From positions 53,353,239-53,417,238 of the forward strand of contig NC_068996.1 of NCBI RefSeq assembly GCF_001194135.2: 64,000 nucleotides of DNA, given 5' to 3'. The DNA comes from Octopus bimaculoides (Eukaryota). Each line of letters begins with the position of its first letter. Within the stretch, counting starts at the first letter, position 1. Below the pieces are notes generated by a model, which had not been told where the DNA came from, did not search any database, and saw only the letters and a program-made list of their open reading frames with translations. The position numbers and the translations under genes were made by a program. Below are positions 47,527 to 60,974 of the stretch, piece after piece.

Positions 47527-48144
47527 ATGGGATCTAAATCAAAACTATTGAAAGTAGTTTTACTTGGAGATGGAGGTGTTGGTAAAAGTTCCTTGATGAA
47601 CCGTTTTGTAAGCAACAAATTTGATACTCAGTCATTCCATACCATTGGCGTAGAATTTCTAAATAAAGAGATCTCAATTGGTTCTGAAAGTTACACCATG
47701 CAAATTTGGGATACTGCTGGTCAAGAAAGATTTAAAAGCTTACGGACACCATTTTATCGTGGTGCTGATTGTTGTCTGCTGACGTATGCTGTTGATGATG
47801 TAAAAAGTTTTGAAAATGTTTCAATGTGGAAGAAAGAATTTCTCTATTATGCTGATATTGATGATGAAAGCACATTTCCTTTTGTAGTTATTGGCAACAA
47901 AATAGATGTTGGACAAAGACTGGTTTCTTATAATACTGCCAGTGAATGGTGTGAGAAAAATGGGCACGTTCCATACTTTGAGACCAGTGCAAAAGATTCC
48001 ACTAATGTTGAAGTTGCATTCACAGCTGCTGTGAAGCGATTAAAAGACCTTGAAGATAAATGTGCTGAAGTAAAGCCCTCCCATGGAAATACAGTTGACT
48101 TGAACAAGAAGAAAGAATCTCAGTCCACTGGTTGTTGTAACTGA
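47527..48144 (+). CDS. RAB9: Ras-related protein Rab9 (late endosome-to-TGN small GTPase), 205 aa, single coding exon
   Basis: Intact ORF with G1 GDGGVGKS, G2 FHTIG, G3 WDTAGQE, G4 GNKID and G5 ETSAK motifs and a C-terminal CCN prenylation signal. KSSLMNR, LRTPFYRGADCCLLT and EFLYYAD are Rab9-type rather than Rab7-type. Confidence 0.96.
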   Translation: MGSKSKLLKVVLLGDGGVGKSSLMNRFVSNKFDTQSFHTIGVEFLNKEISIGSESYTMQIWDTAGQERFKSLRTPFYRGADCCLLTYAVDDVKSFENVSMWKKEFLYYADIDDESTFPFVVIGNKIDVGQRLVSYNTASEWCEKNGHVPYFETSAKDSTNVEVAFTAAVKRLKDLEDKCAEVKPSHGNTVDLNKKKESQSTGCCN

Positions 48145-50000
48145 GGATATTTTGATAAAGGTTTTGTGCTGTTAACGGCACTTTACCCTTTCACTCTATT
48201 ATCATTGTCTGTGACCAAGAAATAAAATTTTAAATCATTTTTATTGTATGTATATAAGTATATATGTTTATATAATTCTCAGTATCTATCAGTGATATTT
48301 TTCTTTATGCACTAGCTCTAATATACATGTTATGAAAAACCTATTGTAATGGCAAGTTTAATTAACTTGATTAAACATTTTATGTAACTGACATCTCAAT
48401 ATGTTCTGGGTGTTATATATACTTTAGGAGATTATAGTTTAGTATTATACAATTAAATATAATGCAATAAGTTTTTTTGTTTTCTGCTATTGCCATATTT
48501 TAATCATTATTTATTGCTGATATTTAGGCAGAGCCATCTCAGTTTGTCACACATTCATCATAGTATGTTGCTCATCATCATAGTACTGTGAAATGATCCC
48601 AACATTGTTTTAATGTTAATCTCAATAATCATTTGCTATAAAAGATCTTTTAATTGTAAATATAAGCAAAAATATTGTTAAAGCTGCTTCAAAATAAGAT
48701 TCATTACAATAACCCTTTTCAATTGTATAGATGTTATGTATGCCTTAGATATATGTATCTTTATATCCTTTTCATGAAATACATAGTACTTAAATTTAAT
48801 TTTCGATAAATTTTGGTTTTTCATGATTTTCTTTCTAATTTGATTTCAAGCCTAGTTAAAAATCTGTATACTTCTTTTTGTTTTAAAAAGAACAGATTTT
48901 GAAAGTGATACTACATAAATATGTCATTAGGTGTTATATCAAGATTTAAAAAGAAAAAACAATTTCTTTGTTTCGTGTATATTTTTATATTAAAAGAAAT
49001 TTTAGTTTTTTTTTTTTTTCTTTTTAAATGAATTTTGTTTTAAAGAAAGCTGGTTTAATTCAGAAAACTAAGAATTTTTTATTTGAAAATATATTAACTC
49101 CTCATCCAAAGTAGAAGTATTTTAAAATTGATGCAGTTACATGCATGTTGTTTTGGTATGTTTACAGTTTCATAATACCTTATTTTCACAATGTATTAGA
49201 AGCTATCTTAAATCAAGTTACTATTTTCAGTTTTAAGAATTAAAAACTTAATTTAAATTTTAACCTTAACAGAAAGTTTAATGCAGAATTTAGAATCCAA
49301 ATGTTAACATTTTTTACCTTTATCTTTAATTAATTAATTTTCAATTTTATTCTTGAGAGAAAATCAAATTCTTTTGAGGTAGCATGTCTTCCAAAATAAA
49401 TTAAGTACTTGGACATTTTTCTGAAGCATCAACATCTTGCACATTTCTGTGATAAATATTGACTTCCCCGATAGTTTCATTGGTTTCTTTCTCTCTATGC
49501 TATTCTCCAATTAGCATATTCCTCTGATGTTGTATTTCTTCATTTATTTTATACTTGGACTAGGATTAAACTTATAAAAATAAATTGCTAATAGGTTTTA
49601 ATGCTTTTATCCACATTTTCACAACACAACCATCAATTTCAGTGATATTCAGTCCAATGTTCAACTACATTGAACTGAGTTACTGAGATTTTTTTTCCTC
49701 TCCACTATACATACTACCTCTGATTTTTTCCTTTTTCTTCTTATTTTCTCTTTTTAAGTTTCTAGTGTAGTTATTTACCTGTAATGAATTCCTCATACAT
49801 GTCATTCCATTTCGTACTGTTTCTTTCATTCTCTTGTGAACTGATGTTTTTCAGGTTTGATCTGTAAAAATCATTATGTTACCTTCAAATGTTTTTACAA
49901 ATGGTTTAGTATATTTTATATGTAATTCTTCAATCCACCCATCTCGTTGATAAATTTTATCCAAAGCATTATCTGCTGAGTATGGTATTACTATTGAATG
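48145..50000 (+). other. Probable long Rab9 3'UTR (end uncertain)
   Basis: U/A-rich and free of SINEs and microsatellites. AATAAA at 48221, 49395 and 49579. Confidence 0.45.
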
Positions 50001-53000
50001 TGTGTTGAGTATAAAAGGATTTAGAGTGGTCTACTGTTTATAATGGAGTTAATTGTTTGCTAACATATATATAAGCAAGGTTGTGGTTTAAGTGATGCTT
50101 TCATCAGTTGTATATCCTTAAAATATCCCATAAATATGTTGGTTGTTACTTGTGATAAGGGAAATTTCAAAGCCATCTTTTTTTTTTTCTATTGTTATTA
50201 TTGTTTCAATTGGAAGTGAATACTTAATTGCAATAACAGTTTCATTTTGCTTATCAAGCACTATTTTTATTGTCTCTTACTATATGTCTTTTTCCAGGCT
50301 GATTCTGACAACTTGATACTACTTCACTGGTTAAAACTGTTTTGAACAAGCTAATCATAACAAGGCTAATCATTTGATTTTGATCAATTCTACTTTTGCA
50401 TACTGACATTAAGCCTTGTTTGAACTCTTTGTATTTTTGGTTAACTTGTTTTTGTTATGAGCTGTCATTATTATATGCAAGTTAGTTCTTGTCCTGTAAT
50501 AAACTATACAAGTTTATTGTTAAGGTAGGTTCTTTATTTTGCCTCAAAGCAGTATGATTAGTGTGTTAGACTATTTCCTTTCTATTTTTATATTAACCAT
50601 TCTGACATCCACCTGTCTCTGACTGCTTCTGCTTGTATGATACAAGATTTAATCCCAGCAAAAATTAACTGAACTATACAGGCAGTACTTTTTATTAGAA
50701 ATGTGGTCACAATTCATACTTGAAAGTTATATATTGTCATCTTGCTTGCATTTGCTTTTGGATCTCATTCATTATACCTGATCTCAGCTATATTTTGGAT
50801 ATCTCCTGACATAGCTTAATCTCTGGTTGCTATGGTATCTTCTCAACCACAGAAAAATTGAATATGCACATTTAAAGTATTTGATTCCAATAGCTTGACT
50901 TCTTGGACTAAATGTCTGTGCTTAAATGTATTTCCTGAGCAAAAAAACCTTTCCAAGTGAAGAAAGCTAGGTTGGCATGCTTCTTACTGTAACAGTTTTT
51001 GCAAGGAAAAGGAAAGAAACATTCATATAGTTAAGTGTTTGAATACATACAAAGAGTGCACCAAATGCAAGTTGTCAGGTAGAACAGATTCCTATGCTAA
51101 GTTAGGTAGATATTTATGTCATGGTTTTCACATCATCCATTTCCCAAGGTTGAACTACTAGTTTGGGTACCACTATCGTGCAAGAAAGGCTTAAATTCAG
51201 AAGACATGAATTCTTTGGTTGGAATAATGGACATATTCAGGTGAAGACAAAACAGAAGTAATGCTCAAGCATGAGATGACATTTATTGAAGGAATTTTGA
51301 GACAAGGAAACATGAATAGAACAATGAGAATGTTCATTGATAACAATCAAGATATTTATTGTAGGATAATGAAGGTAGCAGACCTTTAAAACCAATGCCT
51401 TTGTGGTGAAAGGGACACAGATCTGATGAACTGAGGTAGTTCTGGACAATGATACTATCATTTTAACATGTTGGTGAATGTAACATCTAGATATGATGCA
51501 TTTAATGTTGTGCCTTGAATATGGAAGATTTTGTACTTGATCAAAATGCAACAATATTGTATCACAGATAGAGGGATTTCTAGAGCCCTAAAAGGTTATT
51601 CTGTAAAGAAATGCCATGTAATAGTATATCTGTAGCAGCATTAAAGAATCCTGGACAATGTAAGATTTAGCAGAGTGGCATAATCTAATATTCAGTATTT
51701 TATTTTTTATGTTATGTATCAATAATATGAGCTACAGATTTCAGATCTGTCACTAATCATTTGCCTAAAAAAAATTTTTTTAAATGGCGCCATATTTTTG
51801 GCAGCCTGGAATACAGGTAGATTTAAATGAAAATTTACATTGTCAAATTTATAGGATTTTGTAATTACAAGTTTAAAATCTAGCAACTAATTAGAAAAAA
51901 AACTGGACAGATTGTTTTATTATTAAAAGAATTGATGTTGCCCCTCAAAATTTCAGGCCTTGTGCCTGTAGTAAAAATAATAATTATCATTATTATTGGC
52001 AACCAAATATCAAACCTCCATGTGTGATTGGGGACCACCAAAAATTACACTTTAAGCAGGTAAAAGTTTACTACATAAAGAAATACCAAGTATAACGTCT
52101 GTGCAGCAATCAGGTAGTACACGAAAACGTTTTTCTCTATGGCTGGTCTTTTAACTTTAATTCTAGTTCCACAGAAATCTACATGAATGAGCATGCCAAC
52201 CTGCTTTGAAAGGTTCTGTCGATGGGGTACATTTGTTAAAAGGATAACCCTTAGGTTATGCATAAGTTATTAGGAGATGAAATATTCATAATTACCTTTG
52301 TCAATATGCCCTTTTATAGAAATTTCATAAATGGCTGTCAGTGATAGTCTTTTAAAGCAGAAAGTACACAGGCAAGAGTTACAAACATGTTGCAGAAAAT
52401 TCTCACATAAACAATGCCTTTCAAACCCAACAAGTTACAGAATTTTCTACTTGAAGAGCATTCATAGATTTGCATATATTTTTGTGGCTATTCTCAAAGC
52501 ACAAACCTACATCTAAGGCTGAAGTCAGAGCTAAATTCAAGTTCATATCTCAACTTTGTCTTTCAATCCATCTGGGGTAGATAAGACAAAATATTACGTA
52601 CTGGGGTTGATGATACTGACTGACCACCCCTCTCCCTATCTCCTTTTAAAAATTGTTGGCCTTTTGTCTAAATCAGAAACAGTTATTACTTTTATTTACA
52701 TAAAATATTACAATTATACTTGATTTCACTTGGAGATGCAAGTAATTGAGATGAAAAAATAAAAAAAGACATTGCTTAGTTTGGCTCTTTGTTATTTTAT
52801 GAAGGTAACGGTTTTTTTCCTGATTACGGAATTGGTCTTATTATTATTTCTCCGAATTTTACATTCTTCATTTTCTGAGTAATAACATTGGTTAAAGGTT
52901 TCCAACATGTCTACAGATATGATGGCACAAGTAAAAAGTATATTGGAGCAAATCTAGCAAATACCTGGAGATAGTTTTGTCCAAATGCATGGATTTCTAT

Positions 53001-55540
53001 CAGTTTTCCTTTCTCAATAATATCCATGTCATATATATATATGACATGATCAAATGTGTTCCCTCCTTGGCCATCCATGTTCTTGTATATCACAGACTAC
53101 CTTGTCCAATGTGTCCCTTTTTTTTAAAACAGCAATGTATGACTTGAGTGAATTTGGCTGCTATTTTTAGCAACTTTGTAGGGGCTTGTCTAACTCTAAA
53201 GATGTTTCGTTAGAAGATATATAACTTATCAATGTAAAAAATAACAAGCATTTAAACTGATGTTTGATTTATTAGTTTGCAAAATACTGAGTTCACTTTC
53301 TCATGCATGAAAAACTACTTACAATAGATAAGGGTCTTATCTAGGAGGGAGATTTGTCTATATATTAATACAGAAACTAACTGAAAATTAACACCTGCTC
53401 CATGGATACTTACAATTCTTAAAAAGTGGGTTACTTGTTGGGAAATAATATCCTCTTAATCATTTGATTAGTTTCAATGCATTTGAAACCATTATTAAGG
53501 TCCACAGAACTTAGTTGAATTAATGTAGCTTTTGAGCTTTGTAAGAGAAATAAGCTATCCTCATTCAATAACCTCAAAAAACATACCCTCATTCTATTTT
53601 TTTTCCTTTATGTATGTTCATTTCATTGCAAGAACTAATTCATCTTGAGATATTGTCTTGCTATTAAAAACAATTCATTTTCTCACATCCTCTTAACATT
53701 GTAAATCTCTATATAACTTGTCTTTTAATGTTGTATTTAGACTCTTGCATATTTTCCTATCAATTTTTTTTTCTTATATTTTCTGATTTGGTACAGTATA
53801 CTGCCAACATGCAGCCCACTTCCTGGTTGAGCCAAAAGCTCTAGTCAAAGACTTGCAATAGATTGCATTTGAAATGTATATACTTCAGTGTTGCTATATC
53901 ACAGCTTTCTTGTGCATTTATCAATATTTTACAAAAATTCTTTCTACACGCAATAAGGTCTCTTTCACTCTCTCTTCCTTTTTTTTTATAGACTCGAGTT
54001 AAAATTGATGATGCAATTGTAACTATCACTATCTTTCATTCTGACCACATTTGGCTGGAATGTTGATTACCTGGCTTTCTGGTGTTTCTTGGACTCTCTG
54101 TCTGTATCATACGACTCGGGCGCCTTATACTGTCTTCATTCAAACACCACAATAGTGAGACCAATACTGTTGATATTCAATTTAGTTAGAGTTGAGAGAA
54201 GATTTGGGTGATGACTAACAGCAGTAACTGATCCAATGTAATGGATTTAGAGATTATGGTGGTTTAAAGATGAAAAGAGTAGTTTAAGGCTGTTGCAGTA
54301 TACTGTAGCCATAACTGCCATGCATACCAGAGTTACCACCCTTGGCAATATCACTATTTCATGTGAGTGAAAGACCACGAGTTTATAGAGAGTTACAACT
54401 AATTAGATAGACACTGTACATCCCTAATAATTTAGACTCCTGAGCAAAATGAACACATAAAGCATGGAATCTCAGCTCTTCTTTATGCTAATCCACTGCT
54501 ATTATTTTACTTTAAAAGTAAATGATAGTAATCACTTGACAGATCTTAAGGGAATTTCTACATCATGTTACTTAGATCTCTTGCATTGAGACCCTTGATT
54601 AAAGCAAAGAATTTGCTGTTGTTAAGAAGAAGAAAAAAAAAGCCTTTGATTTAATCTTGAATGAAAATTTCCTCATTTCCATTGTTATTCAGTCAGAAGA
54701 TTTCTGACAAGATCTATCTAAACATAATCTGGCATAGCTTTTTCTGAGTTGCAGAATGTCTTAACTCTTCAGTATTTAGATTAATCTGTCAAATGTATTG
54801 CTTATTCATTCACACTGTTTTAAATTAATCACGCATTATCCCGTAGCTTCAAGATTTCAGTGATGTAATTAATTTTTAGAATGGCATTGAGAGGCTGTAC
54901 TTAGCTAATTTCAACATAAAACAGAATATCTGTACCTGAGATGGCTGATTTCAATGCTAAAGGTTTAAAGTTCATTGCATTCCCCCCCCCCTCCACTTTT
55001 ATTCCAATCACACTTCTGAGTTACTAGAACTAATCCTCTATCTTTTACTTCTGACTTTATCTACACAGCCTAAAATGCTGCCATATCTCGTTAATTTTTT
55101 TTGATAGAGACATCAAAAATATTCTATAATTTGGTAGTGACACTCAGATATTAACTTTGAACAGCTGCTAACTTCTCAGAAAGCTTAGATATGTCTTATA
55201 CAGAATTACTGCACACTAATTTGGCACAATTCTCCAACTACACAAAAATACATTCTAGTCAGTGAGTATTAAAGGAGCAACCCCCCCCCCCTCAGTTAGA
55301 CAATATTTCATACTGATCCCGCAATAGTCATGGCTTTGAATTAGTTGACAGTGTGCAATTTTCCTATCTAAATCCATTCAAATCCTTCATCATCTCTACT
55401 CTTTCTTCTCAACACTCAAAAACAAACTTTACCAAATCCTTCAGAATTTCCTTTCAGCTTGTGTTTTCTATTTGGCAAGTAGAGACTTGTCAGATAGAAA
55501 ACAATAATTGAGAGAAGCTTCAAACATTCTTATTTGCATA

Positions 55541-55757
55541 CAGTGGTTCTCAACCAGGCTCCATAACAGATTCTGCTGCTAAAATTTATGAGCAATAAAT
55601 TGGTTATACTTCTACAATGCATGAAATATATTAATTTTTTTTTTCATAATTACAATTCTTTGATTATAAAATATAGAATTTTTTAAGCATCAAATGGCTA
55701 TGAAGATCCATCTGATTAAAATAGGAACCATAAGTGGAAGATGGTTGAGAGCCACTG
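55541..55757. mobile_element. hAT (Charlie-like) MITE
   Basis: 15-bp TIRs CAGTGGTTCTCAACC / GGTTGAGAGCCACTG (14/15). The 8-bp TSD is not preserved. Confidence 0.7.
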
Positions 55758-57187
55758 GATCCTTCTGAATCAATAGTTGTATAATATTTTTTTGATAATT
55801 TTACTTTTCACAAATATTAGAATATCCACTTGATTAGTCTAGAATTGCTCACCAACATGAATCTTTGACCAATAGACATTTTGATTCTCTTTGAGAGTTA
55901 AATGCTTTTGTACCACACCCACCCAGTCTACTCAACTGATTTATCTATTCCTCTTTTATCATCTCACACCCTTCATACAAACCACTATGGCCAATTCTGC
56001 CTTCCCAAAGCATCAATACTCAAGAATTCCTTCCTGTAGTTGTTGACTTACTGTTTGATCAGGACTCCCAAAAGCCATAAGTACAATGCTTTCTTCAAGA
56101 CCAAACAAAAACCTAAGGCCTCAGTCCACCCATGTACTTATGATTGAAGTCGGTGTGCCTTAACACCAAGGTAAACCAATGATATTATGATATGATCTCT
56201 ATACCCCGACAAGCTTTAAAAAGTACTTACATTCATGATCTGGAACAGTAGATAACTACAGTATATTTTCACAAAATTTGAAAGGAAATATCAAATATGC
56301 AACAGAAGGTCATAATTTAGGTAATCAACAGTTGGGCTAAAATATCACATATTAAGAAAAACCTTCATAGATAGTATCTTCAGAAGTCCTACATTAATTC
56401 ATCTGCATGAGACACCAATGTAATATTCATCTAAAATATACTAATTAAAACCTTAATCAAGTATGAACACCAAAAGAAAAAACTTATGCTGTATTATGGA
56501 AACTGTTTCTCCATGACATGGGATTGTAGGTTTCCATATACACCTAATCATTTACCTGTTGAGTACATTTCTAATCATTTGAGTTGAGTAAAAATGCTTT
56601 AATTATGGGCTCATTTGGTAAAAGGTTAGATTGACAGAGATCACTTTCCTGAAATATATGTAAATACAGAAAAGAGTTTATGTTGTAGAAATAATGAAAT
56701 ACATTAGAATAATGTAAATAAATGTCTTAATAATCTCTCCTCTGTCAGAAAAAGTGATTTTGGTTCTCTTTGGGGCACTTTCCAAAGACTATGCACCCAT
56801 CTAATGTCTGTTCGTTGAGAGATTGTATAACCATAGGTATATGGTAAGTGGATTTTCTTATTTAGTGACATCCATACATGTCCTAGTGGTCAGGGGATTG
56901 CATTCACAGTGATTGTGAGATCATGATTCCTGGACTGAGTGGCACATTGTTCCTTGAGCTTCGTTTCACATGGCTCTGCTGTGATCACTTTAACATCTGA
57001 CGTGTGGTACATCATACACCTTTACAGGTAATGTTAATTTGATGGAGGAAGTGAGCTAATTTTCAGTTCAAACATTTAATCACTATAAACAAATCATCTG
57101 TGCAGGTTGTTTAGAAAAGAAATCATAGAATCGTGTTTCTCAATGTATATATATATAAATCATCATCTGGTTGGGTTAAGTGCTAGA

Positions 57188-57392
57188 ATGTTGTCAACTT
57201 AATGTGTCAGTCCCATGAAAGGGAAGAATGCTACTGTTATTTAACCCTAGGAAACACCATTTCCTGTTGACACATTTCCTGTAGCATTCTTCCCTATCAT
57301 GAGACTGTCACATTAAGTTGACAATATACTATCATTTTATCATGCTGCTACTGCATAAATCTCTCTAAGAGATTTAGAAATGTATTATTTCT
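57188..57392. mobile_element. Centrally deleted copy of the palindromic element at 63181-63452
   Basis: Shares both arms and the asymmetric tail atcatgctgctactgcataaatctct...gatttagaaatgtattatttcta. Confidence 0.75.
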
Positions 57393-57589
57393 ATGGTTGG
57401 GTTAACTTGCCCAGACCATTGGCTTTTTAATACCTGAATGTCTCATCTACACACCACAACTATGGTACTTAGTTCACTAAATGAAATGGTTGATCCTGAT
57501 CATTAACAACTTGGAACTCTTGAACCAGGGGCCCATTACCAGATGCAGTTTAAAGCCATACCCAAGACATTTTATATATATATATATAT

Positions 57590-58385
57590 ATATGAGACCA
57601 TCCCCTCCTACAATATAGTCCCTTTTCCCCCCCTCCTGCCATGGTTCATCTTAATCCCTTGCGTACCTGCTATCTTTCCTAGCACTCATCTGTCATGTGT
57701 TCACTCTCTCTAGCTATTCCTTTTGTCCCTCTAAATCTCCCTCTCCACACTCCTGTGCCTTGCTCTTCTTCTCTTACTCCCTGAACTATCATCCCTGAGC
57801 CACTCCTCTCTCTCTCTTTCTACCCCTACCCATACTGCAATTTCCCATCATGCTACACCACCTCTCCTCTTCATCATTCACTCCATCACCTCTATCCTGG
57901 CATCTAACCATCAGTTAATATTCCCCCACCACCACTTCTCTTGCTTCCTGAAGGTTTTGCTCTGGTACCCCATTGCTTCCGTCTTACCATTTTTTCTAGA
58001 AACTCCCAGCCACCCTTATAATATAAAAGTGGGCTAGCCATGTATCTTCTCCATAGCAAGACATCTCTGCTTGTCCCTGGAATAAAATCTCCACACCACC
58101 TTCTCAAAAACTACCCTCACCCCCAAACACTTAGTTAAGAGAGCTTTCCCCCTTTCCTTCCTTGTTTTCTTTCTTACAAGTTACTTGCCAACCCTGCTAG
58201 TGCAGGTTCCACAAAAAAAAAAAAAACACCCACTACACGCTTCAATTTGGTTAGCATTAGAAAGGGTGTCCAACTGTAGAAACCATGCCAAAAATGACAC
58301 TGGAACATGATGCTCCCTGTGGATCACTGGGTCCCATCAAACTATCCAACCCATGCCAGCAGGGAAAATAAACATATAAGGATGA
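57590..58385 (+). mobile_element. RTE 3'UTR-derived copy with terminal motif
   Basis: Pyrimidine-rich UTR, ctagccatgtatcttctccatagcaagac, ttagcattagaaagggtgtcc, ccaacccatgccagc. Confidence 0.6.
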
Positions 58386-59075
58386 TACACACAGTATATG
58401 AGTATATGGACTCTGAAGTAAAACCCATATAAGACTTCGGGATAAGCTTGAGTTGACTAGTTTATTGGAATATGTCTATTCTATTATGCATTTACATTAT
58501 CCAAAACGAGCTTAGTGCTTCAATAATTATTTAATTATCTTTTGTTTGAAATGAAGAAATCCAAATCAATCAGTCAGAATGAAGACAATGTCTGTGTCAT
58601 CTCTCTGTTTATTTTCAGGCAAAAACCTTTAATGCAGATCCATGTAAGCTATTCCATGCCTCAAACCTGCCTGTGCTATAAGAGAAATAATAATTCCACA
58701 ACTCCTGTGCAAAACTGGATCTTGGAATAATAAAGCTGGGCCATCAACCTAATTTATGAACTTGTTATTATTTTATTCTTGTATTTTATTCCTTAATTGC
58801 TCTTAATTATTGGGCTGTGGCCATACTGGAGCACCATTTTCAATCATCAACCCAGTAGTTTTTTTCTATTTATTGTATAGGTCAGCATTTGGCAAAGCAT
58901 TGAGTTATGCGACATAAAGATACACGGTACTGATCTCTTTTTTAGGCTGCTATTAACATTTACACATACACACTTATACATACCTGAACATGTTTATTAT
59001 ATCAAAACAATGATAATCTACTTGAGCTCTGCCAAACAGTTTGTCAGATCTGTTTTTGCAATGTTTAGCATAGTC

Positions 59076-59111
<36 letters not shown>

Positions 59112-59116
59112 CACTT

Positions 59117-59892
59117 GCTTTCTGATGCTTTGTTTTCCCAGGAAGAAAAAGGAATTTTGCATCACTTCAGATTGTCTTTTAGTTTGTCTTTGAAGCATAA
59201 GAGTGGCCTTCCGACTGACATTCCTGTTGGGAATTGGCCAAAGAATTCTGAATTCTTTGGAATTCTGATATCACTCATACATGAGGAAATGACCTGACCA
59301 GCTAAGCTGTATTTTGATGACAATGGCTTCAATAGTTGATACGTTGCATCTTGTCAGAACCTCACTGTTATGAATATGGCCACTCGGTCGGAGATAGCAC
59401 GCAAGCATTGCATAATAAAAGCGTCGAACTGATTGATATACTTTCAGTACAGAGTCCAAGATTCAGCATCCCAAAGCAATGATGTCAAAACCACCAATTT
59501 ATATACATCTTCCTGGGGAAACAAAGCATCAGAACACAGGAGGACGTGGTGCCAGTCCTGCTTCTCCTCTGTTCAAAGATTTGAGCACAGTCAACTCCAA
59601 CTTCATGCAAGCTTCAAGGTACACTGGCAAAACGCTGCTCCTCTAAATGGAAACCTTACCTGTCGTTGTAGTTTTGTGGAATGAAGCAATGCAAACTTTG
59701 CCATCCACTCGAGAAAACACATAGTGAATGATCCACAAGCACTCAAACAAACTGAGTCCTCAACTTGTTCTATTTGCCAAAAGGTTTGGAAGGCACCAAC
59801 AGGCCTCAAGAGACATGTTCATATCCATAAAACATGATTAACGATTTATTTTACTAAACCCTCATTTGTTGTTCATGATGAGAGACTCCATC
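59117..59892 (+). mobile_element. RTE/BovB-like LINE 3' fragment with an inverted 5' part
   Basis: Minus 59117-59500 reads VVLTSLLWDAESWTLY..QCLRAI..NSEVLTRC..QLSWSGH..RIPK..GRP..FKDKLKDNLK..SWENKASE. Plus 59508-59840 reads SWGNKASEHRRTW..FE..CSICQKVWKAPTGLKRHVHIH. Candidate TSD atat(t/a)tcactt at 59106 and 59893. Confidence 0.8.
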
Positions 59893-60735
59893 ATATATCA
59901 CTTAGGCATTGCAATACTAATAACCTGGTTTTAAAACTCAATATACATATGCTTGAGTACAGAATCATTATAAGAAATTGGGTTGACAAAGGAAATAGAC
60001 AATTTTGATTTTGATATACTTGACTCAATAGGTCCCCTCAAGCACAGCATGTTGCCCTATGTAATTAAAATATAAACAATAATAAACCATAAAATAAAGT
60101 TTTATTTTTCAAAATGAAACAAAATTTATATTTGAAGAGTTTTCTACTTTTTTTAATTGCAAAGTCTTTGATCATCATGAACACTTCAAAATCATATTTC
60201 TGGTCATAAACCACTTTGAACGTTATTTTAGCTAGTTTAATATCATTTTCTTTTGTGCCGTAAACCATTTACCATTTCTGTGGTGCTCCTCCTGCCTTTG
60301 ATGCCCTAAGCATGTGCTTGTTTTGTTTAATGGCTAATCCAGTGCTGATTATGCTATGAACTTCATTAGCTTACAGTTGTTTCTGCAATAAGGTGCAATG
60401 CACTCATAATCGAGTGAATGACTATCACATTGTTGCAGAACTGAAGCTTCATGTTTGATGCTCTGATGAATCTATATTATGATACTCAAGTACTCAGTTA
60501 TGAATACATTGCATCTTACAGCAGAAACAGCTGTAAGCTAAGGAAGTTCATAATATATATATATATATATATATATATAGGTAACAAAGAATATGAAAGT
60601 ACTCAGTACTTTGAAGGAGTGTGTTTGATGTGATTTCAGCTGAAATCAACATTTGCAACTAATAGTTTCCAACAGAGAAACTTGCACACCAGGTATATTT
60701 ATGTATATATATATTTATATCTATATCTATCTATC

Positions 60736-60796
<61 letters not shown>

Positions 60797-60974
60797 GCAT
60801 AACAGTTGCAAAAAATCTTGCAAATCACCTCATCAGTGTTCTGAGAAAAATACAACTGGTGTTGAAGGCTCAATGTGCATATCTAGGAGGACAGCTGTGT
60901 AAAGAAGTGCCGATCTCTAACAGTGGAGGGAACCTGTAGACCCAGAAAGATATGGGGCAAGGTGGTGAAGCATG

